From Planctomycetota bacterium (GTDB lineage: Bacteria; Planctomycetota; UBA1135; UBA2386), in the NCBI GenBank assembly GCA_046290465.1, contig JBKAGP010000001.1, forward strand, positions 64,001 to 128,000: a stretch of DNA of 64,000 bases, in the 5' to 3' direction. The stretch's first letter is position 1. Every line of letters starts with the position of its first letter. Positions 1-11,718 of the stretch are shown one piece after another. A program made the translations under genes and the position numbers. The notes beneath the pieces were generated by a model. That model was not told the DNA's origin. It made no database searches and saw only the letters and a list, made by a program, of their open reading frames with translations.

Positions 1-1
1 G

Positions 2-745
2 CTCAGGCTCGGCTACCGGCAGGGCCGGCCCGGTCTGATGAATCTTGGCCGCGTCGCGCACGTGCGACGTAGGTGGTGGCAGCGCCGCGAAGGTCCGCGG
101 CGCTGGCCCAACCCGATGCCCCAGTACTGCCACGACCTGCTCGACGAGCTGGACCTGCCGCCGGGCGGCCTGCATCCGAAGCTCGACGTGACCGACGAGG
201 ACGACGCGTGGGTCGCGCAGCACCTGCGCGAACGCGGCGTCGCCGACGGCCAGCGGCTGGTGCTGCTGGTGGTCGGCGCGAACTTCGGCGCCAGCAAGCT
301 GTGGATGCCCGAGCGCTTCGCCGCGATCAGCCGCCACTTCCAGGACCGGCACGGCATGCGCGCGCTGGTGCTGGTCGGCCCGGCCGAGGTCGAGCTCGGC
401 AACCGCATCGCCGCGGAGGGCCAGGCGCTGGCGCTGACCGAGCCGGTGCTGCCGCTCAACGCGCTCAAGGCGGTCGTGCGCCGCGGCAGCCTGATGGTGA
501 CCGGCGACACCGGCCCGCGGCACATGGCCAACGCGTTCGACCTGCCGGTCGTCTGCATGATCGGCCCCAACGACCCCAACTACACCAACTACTGCCTCGA
601 GCACACCGCGCTGATCCGCAAGGACCTCGAGTGCTCGCCGTGCCAGCGCAAGATCTGCCCGCTCGGCCACCAGCGCTGCATGAAGGACATCACCGTCGAA
701 GAGGTCGCCGCCGCCGGCGAACGGCTGCTGGGGTTGACCGCATGA
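2..745 (+). CDS. Glycosyltransferase family 9 (LPS heptosyltransferase, WaaF-like), 5'-truncated by the window edge
   Basis: GANFGASKLW and VTGDTGPRHMANA GT9 motifs; C-terminal CSPCQRKICPLGHQRCM; frame open to the window start. Confidence 0.85.
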   Translation, partial: LRLGYRQGRPGLMNLGRVAHVRRRWWQRREGPRRWPNPMPQYCHDLLDELDLPPGGLHPKLDVTDEDDAWVAQHLRERGVADGQRLVLLVVGANFGASKLWMPERFAAISRHFQDRHGMRALVLVGPAEVELGNRIAAEGQALALTEPVLPLNALKAVVRRGSLMVTGDTGPRHMANAFDLPVVCMIGPNDPNYTNYCLEHTALIRKDLECSPCQRKICPLGHQRCMKDITVEEVAAAGERLLGLTA

Positions 746-1995
746 AGCGCGGCCGCCGCACGCTGCTGGTGGCCCTGTTGCTGGCGGCGTTCGGTGCGTA
801 CCTGGCCTTCGACGCGTGGCGCGGCGGCAGCCTGTGGCGCTACCGGCTGGTCGGCTACGTCGCCGGCGCGGCGCTGATGGTGCCGCTGGGCTCGCGGCTG
901 TTGCTGGGCGGCGCGCGCGGCAGCTGGCTGTGGCGGCGCGTGCTGTTCGTCAGCGCACCGCTGCTGGTCCTGCTGTTGCTGGCCGAAGGCGCCGTGCGGC
1001 TGTTCGGCGCGCCGCCAGAACGGCCGGCCAGGCTGCTCGACGAGCCGCGCCTTGGCCACGTGCTCGCGCCCGGCACCGCCGGCACCGACGCGCGGGGCTG
1101 GCGCAACCAGGTCGCGCTGGAGACTGCCGACGTGCTGTTCGTCGGCGACTCGCAGACCTACGGCTTCGGCGTCGAGATCGACGAGACGTTCGCGGCGCAC
1201 AGCGAGACCGCCGGGCGCCGCTGCTACCAGATGGCCAACGGCTCCTACGGCCCGGTCCAGTACGTCGAACTGGTGCGCCGCGGCCTCTCGCTGCAGCCCG
1301 AGGTCGTGGTCGTGACGCTGTACTACGGCAACGACCTGGTCGACGCGCCGGACTACACCGGGCTCGAGGGCGCCGAGGCGCTGCGCGCCGGCGAGCAGGG
1401 GCCGCGCATCCGGGCCAATCCCGAGCCGGACTCGTCGGCGCCGCCCAACCTGACGATGACGCTGGTCGACGGGGTGCTGTCGCACAGCCGCCTGCTGAAC
1501 CGGGCGGCCGAGGTGGTCAAGTCGCGGCTGCAGGGCGGCGCGCTCGACCAGACCCCGGCCAGCGTGCCGTTCGCGCACGAGACGGCGGCGACCATCTGGC
1601 AGCCGCAGTATCGGCGCCGGGCGCTGCGCGCCGCGTCGGCCAACGTGCGGGACGGCGTCGCGATCACGCGCCGCTGCCTCGAGCACATCGCCGAGCTGTG
1701 CGGCGACGCGGGCGCGCGGCTGGTGGTCGCGGTGCTGCCGACGAAAGAACGGTGCTACGCCGCGTGGCTGGGGGAGCGAGCGCCGGCGCTGTCCGGGCTG
1801 GCCGCCGACGAGGCGGCGGCGCACCGCGCGATCTTCGCCGAGCCGATCGCCGCCGGCGTGCAGGTCGTCGAGCTGCTGCCGGCGCTGGTCGTGGCGATGG
1901 AGGGCGGGCGCATGCCGTGGTTCGCGAGCGGCGACGGCCACATCGCCAGCGAGGGGCACCGGGTCGTCGCCGAGGCGCTGCGGCCGTTCTTGTAG
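742..1995 (+). CDS. Membrane-anchored SGNH/GDSL hydrolase-like protein
   Basis: ATGA overlap with the upstream stop; N-terminal TM helices; FVGDSQTYG (block I), GND (block III), DGH (block V). Confidence 0.7.
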   Translation: MKRGRRTLLVALLLAAFGAYLAFDAWRGGSLWRYRLVGYVAGAALMVPLGSRLLLGGARGSWLWRRVLFVSAPLLVLLLLAEGAVRLFGAPPERPARLLDEPRLGHVLAPGTAGTDARGWRNQVALETADVLFVGDSQTYGFGVEIDETFAAHSETAGRRCYQMANGSYGPVQYVELVRRGLSLQPEVVVVTLYYGNDLVDAPDYTGLEGAEALRAGEQGPRIRANPEPDSSAPPNLTMTLVDGVLSHSRLLNRAAEVVKSRLQGGALDQTPASVPFAHETAATIWQPQYRRRALRAASANVRDGVAITRRCLEHIAELCGDAGARLVVAVLPTKERCYAAWLGERAPALSGLAADEAAAHRAIFAEPIAAGVQVVELLPALVVAMEGGRMPWFASGDGHIASEGHRVVAEALRPFL

Positions 1996-2004
1996 CGGTC
2001 GGTC

Positions 2005-2064
2005 GTCGGGGCTCAGTGGTCGGGGCTCAGCGGTCGGGGCTCGGCGGTCGGGGCTCGGTCGGGG
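2005..2064. repeat. 14-bp tandem repeat GTCGGGGCTC(A/G)G(T/C)G, about 4 copies
   Basis: Units start at 2005, 2019, 2033, 2047 (shortened) and 2058 (partial); intergenic. Confidence 0.85.
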
Positions 2065-2090
2065 CGGCGTTTGCGCTACGCTGCGCGGCC

Positions 2091-3260
2091 ATGACCAGGC
2101 TCCGACTGCTCGCCGCGTTTGCGCTCCCGCTCCTCGCCCATCCCCTGCTCGCCCAACAGGACGAACGGCCCGCGGCCGGCAAGCCCGATGCCGCCGCCGT
2201 GCGGCAGAGCGTCGAGGCCTGGGCGCGGACGTTCGAGAAGGCGCTGCGCGAGGACCAGCCCGACGAGGTCGAGGGCTTCCTCGACGTCGAGGCGATCATG
2301 GACGCGACCCTGGATGGCGTCGAGGTCGACAACGCCAGCGTGCTGAAGGGCTTCCGGGCCGGCATGAAGGGCTCGATGGGGACCGCGAACCGCACGCTGT
2401 GGACGCAGTGGGCGGCCAGCCAGCCGAAGTTCAAGCAGGTGCTGTTGATCGACGGCAAGCCGTCGGCGCGCTTCCGCTTCTGCGGCGAGAACGGCATCTC
2501 GATCCTCGACCTGCGGCTGCGGAAGGACGGCGACACCTGGCGCGTCGCCGACGTCTACAACCACGCGTTCGGCCTCGGCATGGTCGACCAGATGCGCAGC
2601 ACCGCGGCGCTGATGCTGAAGGGACTCGACGCGGGTGTGATCGCGCGCCTGTTCGGTGCCGAGGGCGTTTCGCCGAAGGACGGGTCGCGGGTCGCGGACA
2701 TGACCCGCAAGATGCGCCAGGGCGACTACCAGGGCGCGATGGCGGTCTACGCGCGGTTGTCGAAGGCGATGCAGCAGACGCAGATGGTGACGGCGCTGCA
2801 CGTGCAGTCGCTGTCGATGATCGAGAGCGAATCGGACGCCTATGTCGCCGCGCTCGAGGACGCCGCCCGGCGCTTCCCGGCGCCGCAGTTCCGGCTGACG
2901 TTGATCGACGCGCACTTCCTGAAGGAGCGCTGGGACGCGGCCGTCGGCTGCATCGACGACTGCATGAAGGCGGTCGGCCGCGACGCCGTGCTGTTGACGC
3001 TGCGCGCGTTGATGCTGCTGCAGGCAGACCGCAAAGCCGACGCGATCGCCGACCTGAAGGAGGCGGTGTCGCTGGAGCCCGACTGCGAATACGTGCTGTC
3101 GACCGGGCTCGACGTGTGGCTCGCGGCCAAGGACTGGAAGGCGGTCGCGAATGCGATCCGCAAGCTCGAGGCGACCGGCGAATACGACTTCAAGGGCCAG
3201 CTCCAGGGCGAGCAGTGGGCCGGCTTCGCCGCTGCCGAAGAGTCGAAGCCGTGGCGGTGA
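2091..3260 (+). CDS. Secreted protein with C-terminal TPR-like repeats
   Basis: Signal peptide MTRLRLLAAFALPLLAHPLLAQ; helical TPR-like C-terminus; typical codon usage. Confidence 0.7.
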   Translation: MTRLRLLAAFALPLLAHPLLAQQDERPAAGKPDAAAVRQSVEAWARTFEKALREDQPDEVEGFLDVEAIMDATLDGVEVDNASVLKGFRAGMKGSMGTANRTLWTQWAASQPKFKQVLLIDGKPSARFRFCGENGISILDLRLRKDGDTWRVADVYNHAFGLGMVDQMRSTAALMLKGLDAGVIARLFGAEGVSPKDGSRVADMTRKMRQGDYQGAMAVYARLSKAMQQTQMVTALHVQSLSMIESESDAYVAALEDAARRFPAPQFRLTLIDAHFLKERWDAAVGCIDDCMKAVGRDAVLLTLRALMLLQADRKADAIADLKEAVSLEPDCEYVLSTGLDVWLAAKDWKAVANAIRKLEATGEYDFKGQLQGEQWAGFAAAEESKPWR

Positions 3261-3280
3261 TGGCGCGGTAGGCTTGTCGC

Positions 3281-4147
3281 GTGACCGCCTCCGACCAAGC
3301 CCGCGCGAACGAGCCGCTCTACCTGTTCGCGCACGTCGCGAAGGCGGGCGGCACCACGGTCGAGGACGTGTTGGCGCGGCGCTTCGGCGACCGTCTGCAG
3401 CGCACCAATCCGCGGCCCGGCAACCGCAGCTGGCCGCAGGTGCGCGAGCCGCGCTGCTACAGCGGCCACGACTGCGAGGTGGCGGCAACGGTCGGGGCTG
3501 CCCGCGACGACGTGCGCTGGTTGAGCTGGGTGCGGGATCCGCTGCGCATGGCGGTGTCGACCTACTACTACCTGCGCGACGTGCTGGTCCGGCAGCACCC
3601 GCCGGGCGAGCTGTTCGAGGACCGCGGCCTGCGCACGTGGCTGCTGCACGAGGGCCGCGGCGGCTGGCCGCTGCCCGACGGCTACGGGCACGACCGGATG
3701 AGCTACGTGGTCGAGCACACGACCGGCAGCTTCGACGCGTTCGCGTTCGTCGGGGTCACCGAGCGTTTCGCCGAGTCGATGCTGCTGATGTTCGATGTGC
3801 TCGGCTGGCAGCCGATCGTCTACCGCGCGCTCAACCCGACCCGGGCCAGGCGCACCGCCGAGGAGCAGGCGGTGATCGACGACCCCGACGTGCGCGCCGC
3901 GTTCCGCGAACGCAACCAGCGCGACTACGCGCTCTACGAGGCGGCCAACGCGCGGCTCGACGAGCTGCGCGCGGCCGCCGGCGCCGACTTCGCGGCGCGG
4001 CTGGCCGCCTACGAGCGCCGGGTCGCCGCGGTCGAACGGCGGCGCCGCCTGTTGCTCGAGAACGGCCTGACCAACCTCGCCCGACGCGGCTGGCGCGCCG
4101 TCTACGATCGCTGGATGCAGGCGAAGGTCGCGCGCCGCGACGGCTGA
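3281..4147 (+). CDS. Sulfotransferase family protein
   Basis: 5'-PSB motif HVAKAGGTT, RDP..S.YYY 3'-PB motif, FVGVTERF.ES, N..DY.LY. Confidence 0.8.
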   Translation: MTASDQARANEPLYLFAHVAKAGGTTVEDVLARRFGDRLQRTNPRPGNRSWPQVREPRCYSGHDCEVAATVGAARDDVRWLSWVRDPLRMAVSTYYYLRDVLVRQHPPGELFEDRGLRTWLLHEGRGGWPLPDGYGHDRMSYVVEHTTGSFDAFAFVGVTERFAESMLLMFDVLGWQPIVYRALNPTRARRTAEEQAVIDDPDVRAAFRERNQRDYALYEAANARLDELRAAAGADFAARLAAYERRVAAVERRRRLLLENGLTNLARRGWRAVYDRWMQAKVARRDG

Positions 4148-4268
4148 CGGGGTCTGCCGGCGGCCGGCCCCGCCGCTGCCACCGCGTGTATCGCCCGCTG
4201 TGGCGACAGGTTGGGCACGCCGACGTGTTACGTCGGGGCGGTTCGGGGCTATGGTGGTGCGTCCCGCC

Positions 4269-6311
<2,043 letters not shown>

Positions 6312-6363
6312 TCCGCCCGGCCGGCTCCCCGCGGGCCGCTCGCTGTGCCATGATGGGAGGCAG

Positions 6364-9300
6364 GTGACCAACTTCGACCAGCCGTTCCAGGACTACGAGA
6401 TCCTCGACCGCGTCGGCGGCGGCGCGATGGGCACGGTCTTCAAGGCGCGGCACAAGCGCCTCAACCGGATCGTCGCGCTGAAGATCCTCAAGCCGTCGCT
6501 GGCGCGCGACAAGCGCTACGTCGACCGGCTGCGCCGCGAGGCGCGCATCGTCGCGTCGCTGAGCCACCCGCACATCGTCACCGGCTACGACCTCGGCGAG
6601 GAGGGCGGCTACCACTTCTTCGTGATGGAGTTCGTCGAGGGCAAGTCGCTCCGGCAGCTGCTGGTCGAGTGGGGGATGTTCGCGGAGGAATACGTGCTGC
6701 GCGTCGCGCGCGAGGTCGCCGAGGCGCTCGACCACGCCTACCAGCGCGACGTCATCCACCGTGACATCAAGCCGGGCAACATCCTGATCGACGACAAGGG
6801 CAGCGTGAAGCTGACCGACATGGGCCTGGCCAAGGGGCCGGCCGACCTGACGTTGACGCGCGACGGCGCGACCGTCGGCACGCCGATGTACATCTCGCCC
6901 GAGCAGGCGCGCAACCCGCAGGACGTCGACGTGCGCAGCGACCTGTACTCGCTCGGCGCGACGCTCTACCACATGGCGACCGGCGTGCCGCCGTTCAGCG
7001 GCAACACCATGGCCGAGCTGATCACCAACGTGCTCAACGAGAACGTGGTGCCGCCCGACGAGGCCAACTCGGCGGTGTCACCAGGCCTGTCGCTGGTGAT
7101 CCGCAAGCTGCTCGCCAAGAACCTCACGGTCCGCTACCAGACGCCGCGCGAGCTGCTCGACGACCTCGACCGGCTCGACAAGGAGCTGCCGCCGGCGGTC
7201 GACGCCGGCCGGCTCGAGGCCGCCGCCGACCTGTCGGGCCGGTGGCTGCGGCCGGTGACGCTGGCCTGCGGCGCGATGCTGCTGGCATTCTCCGCGTGGT
7301 GGGTCGGCCGCCAGATGGTCGAGCCACGCGACGCCCAGCCCGATTCGGCGCAGTATCTGTCCGAGCTCGACCGCGAACTGTTGTCGCTGCCGTCGCCGGG
7401 CTCCCGCCACCTGCGGCTGGCGACCATCACCGATGCGCCGAGCGGCACGATCCGGCCGTTGGAGCAGCGCCGTCTCGAGGTCGCCAACGAACTGCAGGCG
7501 GTGCTCGACGGCGTCGTCGACGAGTTCGAGGGGCCGCGCCGCAGCGAGCTGTGGCGCTGGCTGCGCGACCCGACGGTCTGGCCCGACCTGTCGCAGTTCG
7601 ACCGCGAACGGCTGCAGCCGCGCGCGCGGCAGGCCTGCGGCATCGCGCTCGCCCAGCTGCCGGTGCGGGTGCGTCGCGAGCGGGTCGAAGCGCTGCGCCA
7701 GGCGGTGCAGCACGAACTCGAGCGCCGCGACGCGGAGCTGGTCGAGCAGTTCGAGCACTACCTGACCAAGGTTGTGCCCGGCCGCGCCAACGCGAGCGCG
7801 CGCACGCACAACTTCACCGAGGCGATCGGCCACTGGCGGGTGGCGCTGTCCGCGTTCTGCGACGGCGTGCGCCAGCCGCTGCCCGAGCGCCTGCCCGACG
7901 CCGTGCGGGTCGGTCTCAACGAACGGCTGCAGCGGGCCGCCGGTCCCGCGGTCGGCGCGCTCGAGCAGGCCGAGAAGGACGTCGCGCTGGCGCTGCGCAG
8001 CAACGTGTCGGTCGCGGTCGGCGACCTGCGCAGCCGGCTCGACGGCGGCACCGATCCGGCGGTGGTGCGCGAGGCGCTGCAGCGGCTGCGCAGCAACCTG
8101 GGCTACTTCTGGCCGGCGGCGTCGTGCTTCCGGCCGGGCCACAACCCATGGCCGTCGGTCGACCAGCAGCTGCTGGCCGCCGACGCCGCGGTCGAGGTCG
8201 CCGTGATCGAGCACCAGGGCCTGCGCTTCGAGGCGCGCTGCGACACCGCCTGGCGGGTGTTCCGCTACGGCGACGCCGCCGCCGCGCAGGCAGTGCTGGC
8301 CGACCTGGAGCCGGCGACCGACGAGCAGAAGCGGCAGCTCGAGGGGCACCGCCGCTGCCTCGGCGAGACCCGCCGGGTCGAGCGCGCGCTGCTGCGCGCG
8401 ATCGCGGCGCGTTCGCCGAACCCGATCGGCTTCCTGCACGGCGGCGCCGAGCCGTACGCGCTGCGCGTCGAACCCGACGGCGAGGACCTGCGGCTGCTCG
8501 GCGAGGCGGTCGACCAGCCGCCGCGCGGGATCCACCTGACCGAGCTGCGCATCGGCAACCTGCTCGACGCGCTCGGCCCGGACGCCGGCCCGCTGCGCGA
8601 CATCCCCAGCGGACCGCGCGCGCTCGGCCTGACCATCCTGCGGCTGGCCGCTGACGACGCCGGAGGCCTCGATCGCCACGTCGAGGCGCTGGCCGAGATC
8701 GACCGCGCGTTCGTGCTCGACGAGGTCGCACCGCGGCTCGAGAACGCGCGCAGCGAGCAGGGCACGTCGGTGCAGATCGACCTCGACAGCATGTTTGCGC
8801 AGCTCGAGACCGCCCTGCGCGACGTCGACCAGGGCGGTTCGGCGAGCCAGCTGCGGCGCGCGCTGATGCGGTTCGACAGCGTGCCGCTGCTGCAGATGAG
8901 CGGGCGGCAGGAGACCATGCTGCGCCGCGCCCGCCAGCGCCACAAGCTGGCGCAGCGCGAGGGCAGCCTGCTGCGCGACCTGCGCAGCGAGATGCCGCGC
9001 GGCGCGACCGCGACCGTCGCGGCGCAGGACGGTGCGCTGGTCGCATCGGTGACGATGCCCGCCGACGTGCTGCGCGGGGGTGCCAAGGAGGGCTGGCAGC
9101 TGCACGGCGAGGAGCTCGAGTTCGCCGGCGGCCGCCGGCCGTTCGCGGAGCAGCCGCTGCTGGCGCTGCGGGCCGAGCCGGGCATGCGCGCGCTCGGCAA
9201 GCACACGCGGGCCGAGATCGAACTGACGTTCCCGCAGCCGGCGGTCGGCGACCGCAGCTACATGATCGAGTTCGACGGCGTTCACCTGATCGTCGTGCTC

Positions 9301-9621
9301 GCCGCCAACGACAGCGTGCAGGTCGAGCTGATCGACGGGCCGGCGCTCGAGGAGGAGCGCGCGCGGCGCGCGTTCGCCAAGGCGCTGTCGGGTGCGTTCG
9401 CGCCGGCGAAGGCGACCGCGATCCCCGGCGCGCTGCACCGGATCACCATCGACGTGCTGCAGTCGGCACCGACGCAGGCGATGGTCAAGGTCAACTTCGA
9501 GGGCAAGGAACTGCTGAGCCGGCGCTACCTGTTCGACGCCAAGCTGCCGCCGAGCTTCGCGCTGCATCCGCTACAGGAGGTCTCGGTGCGCGAACTGACG
9601 GTGCGGGCCTACGGGCTGTGA
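6364..9621 (+). CDS. Hanks-type Ser/Thr protein kinase with TM segment and long C-terminal region
   Basis: GGGAMGTV, VALK, HRDIKPGN, DMG, GTPMYISPEQ, SDLYSLG; hydrophobic stretch near aa 300. Confidence 0.92.
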   Translation: MTNFDQPFQDYEILDRVGGGAMGTVFKARHKRLNRIVALKILKPSLARDKRYVDRLRREARIVASLSHPHIVTGYDLGEEGGYHFFVMEFVEGKSLRQLLVEWGMFAEEYVLRVAREVAEALDHAYQRDVIHRDIKPGNILIDDKGSVKLTDMGLAKGPADLTLTRDGATVGTPMYISPEQARNPQDVDVRSDLYSLGATLYHMATGVPPFSGNTMAELITNVLNENVVPPDEANSAVSPGLSLVIRKLLAKNLTVRYQTPRELLDDLDRLDKELPPAVDAGRLEAAADLSGRWLRPVTLACGAMLLAFSAWWVGRQMVEPRDAQPDSAQYLSELDRELLSLPSPGSRHLRLATITDAPSGTIRPLEQRRLEVANELQAVLDGVVDEFEGPRRSELWRWLRDPTVWPDLSQFDRERLQPRARQACGIALAQLPVRVRRERVEALRQAVQHELERRDAELVEQFEHYLTKVVPGRANASARTHNFTEAIGHWRVALSAFCDGVRQPLPERLPDAVRVGLNERLQRAAGPAVGALEQAEKDVALALRSNVSVAVGDLRSRLDGGTDPAVVREALQRLRSNLGYFWPAASCFRPGHNPWPSVDQQLLAADAAVEVAVIEHQGLRFEARCDTAWRVFRYGDAAAAQAVLADLEPATDEQKRQLEGHRRCLGETRRVERALLRAIAARSPNPIGFLHGGAEPYALRVEPDGEDLRLLGEAVDQPPRGIHLTELRIGNLLDALGPDAGPLRDIPSGPRALGLTILRLAADDAGGLDRHVEALAEIDRAFVLDEVAPRLENARSEQGTSVQIDLDSMFAQLETALRDVDQGGSASQLRRALMRFDSVPLLQMSGRQETMLRRARQRHKLAQREGSLLRDLRSEMPRGATATVAAQDGALVASVTMPADVLRGGAKEGWQLHGEELEFAGGRRPFAEQPLLALRAEPGMRALGKHTRAEIELTFPQPAVGDRSYMIEFDGVHLIVVLAANDSVQVELIDGPALEEERARRAFAKALSGAFAPAKATAIPGALHRITIDVLQSAPTQAMVKVNFEGKELLSRRYLFDAKLPPSFALHPLQEVSVRELTVRAYGL

Positions 9622-9625
9622 ACGG

Positions 9626-10786
9626 TCAGCGGCCCGGCGACGCGCCGAGCCGCTGCACGCCGTACAGCTGCGCCGAAGCGCGCACCGGGTGCGCGCCGAG
9701 CGTCAGCCGCCGCGACCACTCGGTCATCGACTGCGCCCAGGTGTCGGTGCGGTCCGCCATCGGCACCGAACCGCCCGAGCCGTCGGCGTGCTCGTACTCG
9801 CGCGCCAGCAGTTCGGCCGCCAGCGCCGCCATCTCGTCGCCGCGGTGGCGGTGCAGCGTGCTGAGCAGGTGGTAGTCGACGGCCGGTGCCGGGTCCGAAC
9901 GGCGCGCGCTGTGCAGCCGCTGCTCGGCGCCGGGCAGGTCGCCGGCCATCAGGTGGTCGAGCGCCTCGCTGCGCATGCCGGCTGGCCGCCGTTGCCGCTC
10001 GCTGGCGTCGGCCGCCGACTGCGCCAGCGCCGCGCGCCGCGCCGGGTCGGGCTCGAGCAGCGCCGCGCGGCGCAGGTTGGCGACCGCGCGCTCGCACTGG
10101 CCCTCGGCTGCCAGCAGTTCGGCGAGCTGTTCGAACACCTCGCTCGGCGCGTCCGGCAGCCGCGATGCGGCTCGCAGCAGCGCCGCGCGCTGCTCGCTGT
10201 GTTCGCTGCGGTGGGCGCGCGCCAGCAGGCGGCCGAGGCGCCAGACCACCAGGTTGGCCTCGGCGGCGCCCGGGCCGCCGTCGTCGTCGCAGACCGCCAG
10301 CTCGAGGGTGCGGTGCACGACCGCCCCGAGCCGGGCGTGCAGGTCGGCGGGAGCGCGGAAGCGCACCTCGCAGCGAGCGCCGCGGTCAACAACGGACACC
10401 TCGACGGCCGCCGTGCGGCGGGCCGCGAAGCCGGCCAGCGGTGCCTCGCGCAGCTCGCGGCTGCGCACCGCGAGGCCGCCGCGGCCGTCGGTGCGACGCA
10501 GCGACAGCCGCCGGTCGGCGTGCGGCAGCCAGTGCTCGCCCGGGCCGCGTTCGTAGCGCACGACGAAGCCGTCGTCGGTGCGCCGCGCCGGTGCGCCGCA
10601 GCTGTGCGCGGCGGGCTCGGCGTGCAGCTCGTCACACAACGCCGCAGACAGCAGCGTCGCGGCGACGTCGGCCGGCAGGGCAACCTCGCCGTGCACCGTC
10701 GTCCGCGACGACGGCTCGAACACCCCGCAGCCGGCGCACAGCAGCGCGAGCAGCGACGCGAGGCGGATTCGACGGAGAGCAGCCAC
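9626..10786 (-). CDS. Putative lipoprotein with TPR-like repeats
   Basis: Lipobox-like LLCAGC; helical A/L-rich TPR-like C-terminal half. Confidence 0.55.
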   Translation of the reverse strand: MAALRRIRLASLLALLCAGCGVFEPSSRTTVHGEVALPADVAATLLSAALCDELHAEPAAHSCGAPARRTDDGFVVRYERGPGEHWLPHADRRLSLRRTDGRGGLAVRSRELREAPLAGFAARRTAAVEVSVVDRGARCEVRFRAPADLHARLGAVVHRTLELAVCDDDGGPGAAEANLVVWRLGRLLARAHRSEHSEQRAALLRAASRLPDAPSEVFEQLAELLAAEGQCERAVANLRRAALLEPDPARRAALAQSAADASERQRRPAGMRSEALDHLMAGDLPGAEQRLHSARRSDPAPAVDYHLLSTLHRHRGDEMAALAAELLAREYEHADGSGGSVPMADRTDTWAQSMTEWSRRLTLGAHPVRASAQLYGVQRLGASPGR

Positions 10787-10878
10787 GGCCTCTCCGGTTT
10801 CGGAAGTTGCACGCGCCGCCTGGAGGTGCCGGCCGGGCGCCGTCCCGGGCCGAGACCAAGACGATCAGACCAGGACGA

Positions 10879-11256
10879 TCAGGCCTCGGCGATCACGAAC
10901 GCCGTCGCGGTGATCGCCGTGTGCGTCAAGCTCACGTGCCATCGGCGGATCCCGCGCGCGGCGGCACGCTCGGCCGCGACGCCGCGCAGCACCAGTTCGG
11001 TGTCGCCGCTGGGCAGCCGCTGCACCTCGATCTCGCGGAACGCGGTGCCGTCGGCCCAGCCGGTGCCGAGGCACTTCATCACTGCTTCCTTGGCCGCGAA
11101 GCGCGCCGCGAACGACTCGGCAGGGTGGTGGCGGCTCCGGCAGTAGCTGGCCTCGTCCGGCGTGAACACGCGCTGCACGAAGCGTTCGCCGCTGCGCTCG
11201 TAGAGGCCGCGGATACGCCCGATCTCGACCGCGTCGGTGCCGATCGCGACGATCAT
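10879..11256 (-). CDS. acpS: Holo-[acyl-carrier-protein] synthase
   Basis: IGTDAVE, FAARFAAKEAVMKCLGTG, VSLTH motifs; about 125 aa. Confidence 0.93.
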   Translation of the reverse strand: MIVAIGTDAVEIGRIRGLYERSGERFVQRVFTPDEASYCRSRHHPAESFAARFAAKEAVMKCLGTGWADGTAFREIEVQRLPSGDTELVLRGVAAERAAARGIRRWHVSLTHTAITATAFVIAEA

Positions 11257-11669
11257 CGCGACGCCTCCGCGACCCTCAGCCGCAGCGGTCGCACCGCGCG
11301 TCCCGCGGTCAGCCAGAACGCCTCGATGCGACGACCGTCGGTGATCAACTGCACGCAGTCGGTCCACAGTTGCTCGCGGTCGCGCAGCGATGGCGCGCAG
11401 CTGCCGCGCGGGTGGCTGTGGGCGAAGCCGACGAACGGCGCGCCGCGGGCCGCGAGCTGCTGCTCGGCGCGCACGAACGCGGCCGGCGGCACCTCGAATG
11501 CATCGTCGCCGCGCGCGACGTTGGGCAGTTCGACGAGGTCGGTGATCCAGGTCGCGTGCTCGCGACGTTCGCCGCCGACCAGCACCGCGCACTCGCGCGG
11601 CGCCGCTGCCGACGCGAAGCGCAGCAGCGCACCCTGCACCTGCTCGGTCCACGCGATCTCGTCGGGCAT
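11253..11669 (-). CDS. JAB/MPN/Mov34 (JAMM, M67) metalloprotease
   Basis: E(C)...HSHP....PS..D JAMM motif (PRECAVL ... FAHSHPRGSCAPSLRD); stop overlaps the acpS start. Confidence 0.85.
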   Translation of the reverse strand: MPDEIAWTEQVQGALLRFASAAAPRECAVLVGGERREHATWITDLVELPNVARGDDAFEVPPAAFVRAEQQLAARGAPFVGFAHSHPRGSCAPSLRDREQLWTDCVQLITDGRRIEAFWLTAGRAVRPLRLRVAEASR

Positions 11670-11718
11670 GCCGGCAAGCTTCGTTGCAAGCCGGACGCGG
11701 TTCAAACAACATCCCCGC

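Noticed and set aside
10854..10881. 14-bp direct repeat GACCA(A/G)GACGATCA at the acpS stop
   Set aside because: Only two copies; most likely a local slippage duplication
11672..11690. Possible sigma54 -24/-12 promoter CGGCAAGCTTCGTTGCA
   Set aside because: GG-to-GC spacing is 11 rather than the required 10
9886..11718. Long N-terminal extensions in the ORF track (e.g. 999-aa Cys/Met enzyme; also 73-1995, 816-3260, 35811-37490, 57629-59776)
   Set aside because: Family homology begins only at downstream starts, and the extensions overlap other genes
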